Below are positions 62,386 to 64,000 of a stretch of DNA of 64,000 bases, in pieces. Made by a program: the position numbers and the translations under genes. Origin of the DNA: Aulosira sp. ZfuVER01 (GTDB lineage: Bacteria > Cyanobacteriota > Cyanobacteriia > Cyanobacteriales > Nostocaceae); the NCBI GenBank assembly GCA_034530615.2, contig JAVRCV020000073.1, positions 191,027 to 255,026 of the forward strand, written 5' to 3'. Position 1 is the stretch's first letter; each line of letters starts with the position of its first letter. Below the pieces are notes generated by a model. It was given only the letters and a program-made list of their open reading frames with translations, ran no database searches and was not told the origin of the DNA.

Positions 62386-62449
62386 AGACGCGGAGATCGG
62401 AAGACGCGGTGACGCGGAGACAAAAATTTTCTCCGCGTCACCGCGTCTC
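62386..62449. repeat. Inverted octamer tandem repeats forming a hairpin between convergent ndk and TerC
   Basis: GACGCGGTGACGCGGAGA / TCTCCGCGTCACCGCGTC. Confidence 0.75.
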
Positions 62450-62468
62450 TATGTCCCCTTGTCCCCTT

Positions 62469-63200
62469 CTACTTCGACACTTCACTCTTTTCAGGTACAT
62501 CTACATCTTGGGGTGCTTCAATAAGAGTGCGTTTAGAAAATCCCCAAGCTAGGATCAGACCGATCGCAGTAATCATTAACCATTCTGGTGGTACCAAATC
62601 ATCGTTGACCACCTTTAATAAAAGACGCAAACCCACGAATGCTACGGTAATATAGCCTGCGTCTTCTAGGTTTTCAAATTCGTCTAACCAACGAATAAAT
62701 AATTCTGCCATGAAGCGCAGGGTAATGATCCCAATGGTTGCGCCGGTTAGTACTAACCACCTTTCTTGAGAAACGGCGATCGCAGTTGTCACACTATCTA
62801 AAGAAAATGCCATATCTGTAAAGGCAATTACAGGTATCGCTTGCCACAATGACTGAAAACGCGGCCCGTGATGGTGATGCTCCGCATCGGTTTCTTGGGA
62901 AGTAAAGTGTTGGAATACTAGCCACAGCAAGTAAGCAGCGCCCAGAAGTTCAAATTGCCAGAGGTTTTGTACCCAAGTGGCAGTAAGAATCAGGGTAATT
63001 CGCAGCACATAAGCGACAACCAAACCCAAATTCAGGGCTTGACGCTCAACCTCTTTGTCTTCTAATCCTTGGGCGATCGCAGCGAGGGCGATCGCATTAT
63101 CAGCAGATAGCACCGCCTCTAAAAACACTAGGATCAGCAGGACTATAGGAGCTTCGACGCTGAAGTGAAAATGAAGATAATCAAAAATTTGATCTAGCAT
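62469..63200 (-). CDS. TerC family membrane protein
   Basis: Motifs LEAVLSADNA and DMAFSLDSV; ATG at 63200. Confidence 0.9.
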   Translation of the reverse strand: MLDQIFDYLHFHFSVEAPIVLLILVFLEAVLSADNAIALAAIAQGLEDKEVERQALNLGLVVAYVLRITLILTATWVQNLWQFELLGAAYLLWLVFQHFTSQETDAEHHHHGPRFQSLWQAIPVIAFTDMAFSLDSVTTAIAVSQERWLVLTGATIGIITLRFMAELFIRWLDEFENLEDAGYITVAFVGLRLLLKVVNDDLVPPEWLMITAIGLILAWGFSKRTLIEAPQDVDVPEKSEVSK

Positions 63201-63435
63201 TCCAGGTATCTCAAGCAAGGAAAATTAAAAATTAACAGCAAAGCGCGAATTTCATCCTCAAAAGCGCAACAAATTGCTACTTTTCTCCAGCTTAACGTGG
63301 CTGTGGTGCATTCTGAAGACTGTTGCATTCACGCAATATCAGGGCAAGTAAAGGTCTGTTGAGTGTAACATGACACTCCAAAAATTTTAATGTTTTGAAG
63401 GCAGAGGGCAGTCCCGATGAAAAAGGACAAGGGGG

Positions 63436-63495
63436 ACAAGGTGAGACAGCGCTGCGGGAGGGTTTCCCTCCGCAGGCGACTGCGAACCCGAAGGG
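63436..63495 (+). repeat. Small dispersed hairpin repeat (copy of the 3.8 kb element)
   Basis: 36-nt identical core, flanked by GGACAAG-type repeats. Confidence 0.85.
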
Positions 63496-63733
63496 GAGAC
63501 AAGGAGGATAATTAATTGCTCTTAACTCTGTACTCAATACTCGATAGTCTTTCAAGGCAGAAGAAAGAAAGTTATTGAGAGCGATCGCTTTTCTACAGGT
63601 TCAGGTTCTTAGTAAGTGCTTCAGTGCATGAATGCCTTTTAGCTTGCTCAAAATTCCTAAAATCAGAAAGCGATGTCTACGACGGGCTATGCCTATGAAC
63701 TTGTTGAGCCAGCAATCAACTCAAATGCTTGCG

Positions 63734-64000
63734 GAAAACACTGAAATAAAACTGCGATCCCAACAAAAAAAATCGCAAGTGCTAGTTTTAAATGTGGAAA
63801 ACACGATAAATGAATTGCGATCGCCGCAAAACAAATCGCAAGTGCTAGTTTCAAAAGTAGAAAACACGGAATTACGACGATCATTATCGTAAATGAAAGC
63901 GTGAAATACTGAATTACGACGCTCATTGTCGTAAATGAAAGCGCGAAACACGGAATTACGACGATCATTATCGTAAATGAAAGCGTGAAATACTGAATTA
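63734..64000. repeat. Tandem array: two 63-nt units, then at least three 42-nt units (alternating A/B); continues past the window edge
   Basis: GAAAACAC at 63734/63797/63860; GAATTA at 63869/63911/63953/63995. Confidence 0.9.

Noticed and set aside
63220..63420. yybP-ykoY Mn riboswitch upstream of TerC
   Set aside because: I could not identify the conserved riboswitch motifs.
63860..64000. CRISPR array
   Set aside because: The units are contiguous with no unique spacers, and no cas genes are in the window.

Overview
This is a chromosomal window from a heterocyst-forming cyanobacterium (Nostocales). The assignment rests on abundant HIP1 GCGATCGC sites, STRR heptamer repeats, patA, susA and the petF-srxA-dps neighbourhood. 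Most genes are housekeeping: hemN (5' part), cobA/cbiX, tRNA-His, map, bvdR, mobA, clpP, argB, aroK, ubiX, a Zam-type RNase II/R, pdxH, scpA, cugP, speA, ndk and TerC. Many MITEs and small dispersed repeats lie between them. The best candidates for undescribed biology are five. (1) A three-gene signalling module: Hanks kinase, output-less heme-c/HAMP membrane sensor, and orphan Tat-lipoprotein PhnD-like binding protein (26.7-30.1 kb). (2) An iron island with an atypical HhH-lipoprotein/heme-less ferritin/FTR1 operon and a candidate Fur-controlled structured RNA (30.4-34.65 kb). (3) An unannotated 51-aa gene behind tandem DIF1-like motifs (39.6-39.8 kb). (4) A sensor-less HTH-NB-ARC protein paired with a microprotein. 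(5) A 63/42-nt tandem hairpin array running off the window end. No CRISPR array, rRNA or intact transposase was seen. All product calls come from motif recognition, not database searches.
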